64,000 nt of DNA, from assembly GCF_009914755.1 (NCBI RefSeq), contig NC_060928.1. The stretch is one strand, 5' to 3'. Shown piece after piece: positions 57,701 to 64,000 of the stretch (its first letter is position 1; each line of letters starts with the position of its first letter). This DNA is from the human T2T-CHM13v2.0 reference genome, Homo sapiens. The position numbers were made by a program, and so were the translations under genes. The notes under the pieces were generated by a model, which was not told the origin of the DNA, made no database searches, and saw nothing but the letters and a program-made list of their open reading frames with translations.

Positions 57701-59059
57701 ACTGTTTCACAGCATACACATTCAAAAATACTTTAATAAAGTTCTAGCTAAGTCCTCCAAAATACTGCTGAAAAGATTAATGAAAACTGTTATTAGTATC
57801 TTTTTCTGGAATGTAATGGAAATGAATTCAGGGTTATAATATTTAATATAACGTTTCTTGTTATTTGGAGTAATGGGCTTTATTACATAGAACTGGTTTT
57901 CTGAATTGATAGTTTTGTTTTTATTTTTATTAAATTGTAACATGTATTTACTATAAACTGTTAAATAATTCAGTAAGGTATGTCCACTGCATCCCTTCTA
58001 CTTATAATTTATCAGAGACATTTTATTTCCTTTTTAAAGATCTGATGTTTTGCTGTTAATTTCTACATCTCTATATAGGTTTATATTGTTATTTATTGAA
58101 TTTCTTTCTGTTTTAGCTTTTTAAAATTTTACCTCTTCCTTTGGACATTGAAGATTTAGCTTACTATTACTCACCCTATAACCTAAACAGATACACACAC
58201 ATGAGTTTCTATGCTTTCAATATATTTTAATTATAGTATTGATTAGATTAAAATTCAGTGATTAAATGCTCTTGAGGTAAGGTAGGATTTCAAAGACATA
58301 ACCCCTTGGAGAAGGGGTTTATACATCTGAAAAGGGAGCACCAACCATGGTCCTTCTGAAAGCTACTGGAACCCTAGTTCTTGGCATTCTAAATGAAGCC
58401 GGATGCTGGGTAAAATGATGGTGCTGGAGTGATGCTAACAGGGATACAAAATAAAAAATAAAAGAAAGGAAGGTACTTCTCCATTGCTCCTGCCTTGCAG
58501 TCTCCTTTGTGCCTCCATTTACAAAAACAGCTGGAATTACCCTGCCCCACCCATTTTCCACCAGAATAAGATGCAGTCAACTCATTCCATAGGGCCACTG
58601 GTTCACTCTCACAGGCCCTGGAGGCTGTAATTTCTCTCAGACATGAAAGGTGCTGGAAAGCTGTGATTCCCAGGAAAATACTCTAAACAGGTGGCTTCTA
58701 AACCCTGACTGCCTAGCCCCAGTAGTGTATGTATAACATGCTGACGAAGTTCCTCTTCTCTAAGAAGGTAGAACCAAAGGGTTAATTTCTGCAAATTCAT
58801 TGAGCGTACAATGGCAATTCTTGACAATTGCACATCTTTTGTGTTATAATTAAAAAGTAAAAAAAACTTTGCATTTTTGTATTGACTTTCATCTTGCTTA
58901 TTTTCTCTATAAATATTATTTGCGATCTCGTATTATGTTTTTAACCCAAACCCCAATCCATAACACATGGTTTTCACATGCTTGATTTTACTATATTTAA
59001 AATGAAACACTGTCTTTATTGAACAATATTTTAATATATTATTTTCTACTTGTTATCAT

Positions 59060-63308
<4,249 letters not shown>

Positions 63309-63607
63309 CATTTAAAAACAAGAATTTTAATTTTTACGAGTCAAAACCATATTATTTTTAATAATATTTCACTGATAGGAATCATAGTAATCTTTTTACA
63401 TCAAAAGTCAAGTAAACAAAAGACATAATATTGATTATATTGAGCCTTTTAAATCACTATTCTGAGCTCTACAGGCACACAACATCACATGTTTAAAGCT
63501 ATCTCACCAAGGCTTATAGATATATTGTTTATTAATCCCTATTAGAAAATGTTCATCAAAAATAACATTTTTATTGTATCTCATATACTTTTCTGTTGTA
63601 AAAATTA

Positions 63608-64000
63608 CAGGCACAACTTACTTTAAATGATTCTGATCTGCATGAATTTTAGTTACCATGGTTTGTTTAAATAACCCTAGTTCCTAACAAGATAATTCAA
63701 TTTTCAGTTATTATGGTCTATTTACTGTGAGTAAGAAAGTAAAGTGCAAAATTTTCTGCTAGCTCCTCAGTACACAATCTCCAAGCAAATAATAGATGTA
63801 TATAATGATCTGTGACCAGTTGAGTCACTTTTTTTCAAAGTCTGAGACTGTTCTCTGTGCATCTGTTACTCAGTTCTCACACAGACAGCAAAGCATTTAG
63901 TTAGGTTGTCTCCTACCCACCCGATGAAAAGCCCATGTAACATTTTCCTAAAATGAATAATAAAAAAGGGAATTGGCCAATAGAGAGGAAAGTGCAGCAA
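63608..64000 (+). mobile_element. Tigger (Tigger13a-like) DNA transposon, running off the window
   Basis: TA|CAGGCA start; GAATTTTAGTTACCATGGTTT...ATTTTCAGTTA...CACAGACAGCAAAGC...GGGAATTGGCCAA...GAAAGTGCAGCAA; subfamily from recall. Confidence 0.65.

Overview
AT-rich human/primate genomic DNA with no supportable protein-coding exon. The only genic landmark is a small CpG-rich promoter (~33.3-34.15 kb) and a non-coding first exon on the minus strand (~33557->33172, donor AAG|GTAAGA). I recognise this exon from memory as the 5' UTR exon 1 of FSTL5 (follistatin-like 5); this is unverified. If correct, bases 1-33171 are intron 1 and 33558-64000 are promoter plus upstream intergenic DNA. The rest is interspersed repeats (Alus including an AluYg6, L1, L2, MIR, MaLR/ERV LTRs, MER20, MER94, MADE1, Tigger, a decayed pogo/Tc2-type transposase) and micro/minisatellites. 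The ORF track appears to be noise. I did not find a new biological system. The best leads are the promoter/exon-1 architecture (split REST site, CRE/EGR/E-box cluster, AUG-free leader with a GUG uORF, internal splice acceptors, a perfect 42-bp palindrome) and several unusual rearrangement scars (inverted L1, minimal LTR12, trimeric Alu, dispersed duplications). Repeat boundaries and subfamily names are read by eye and are approximate.
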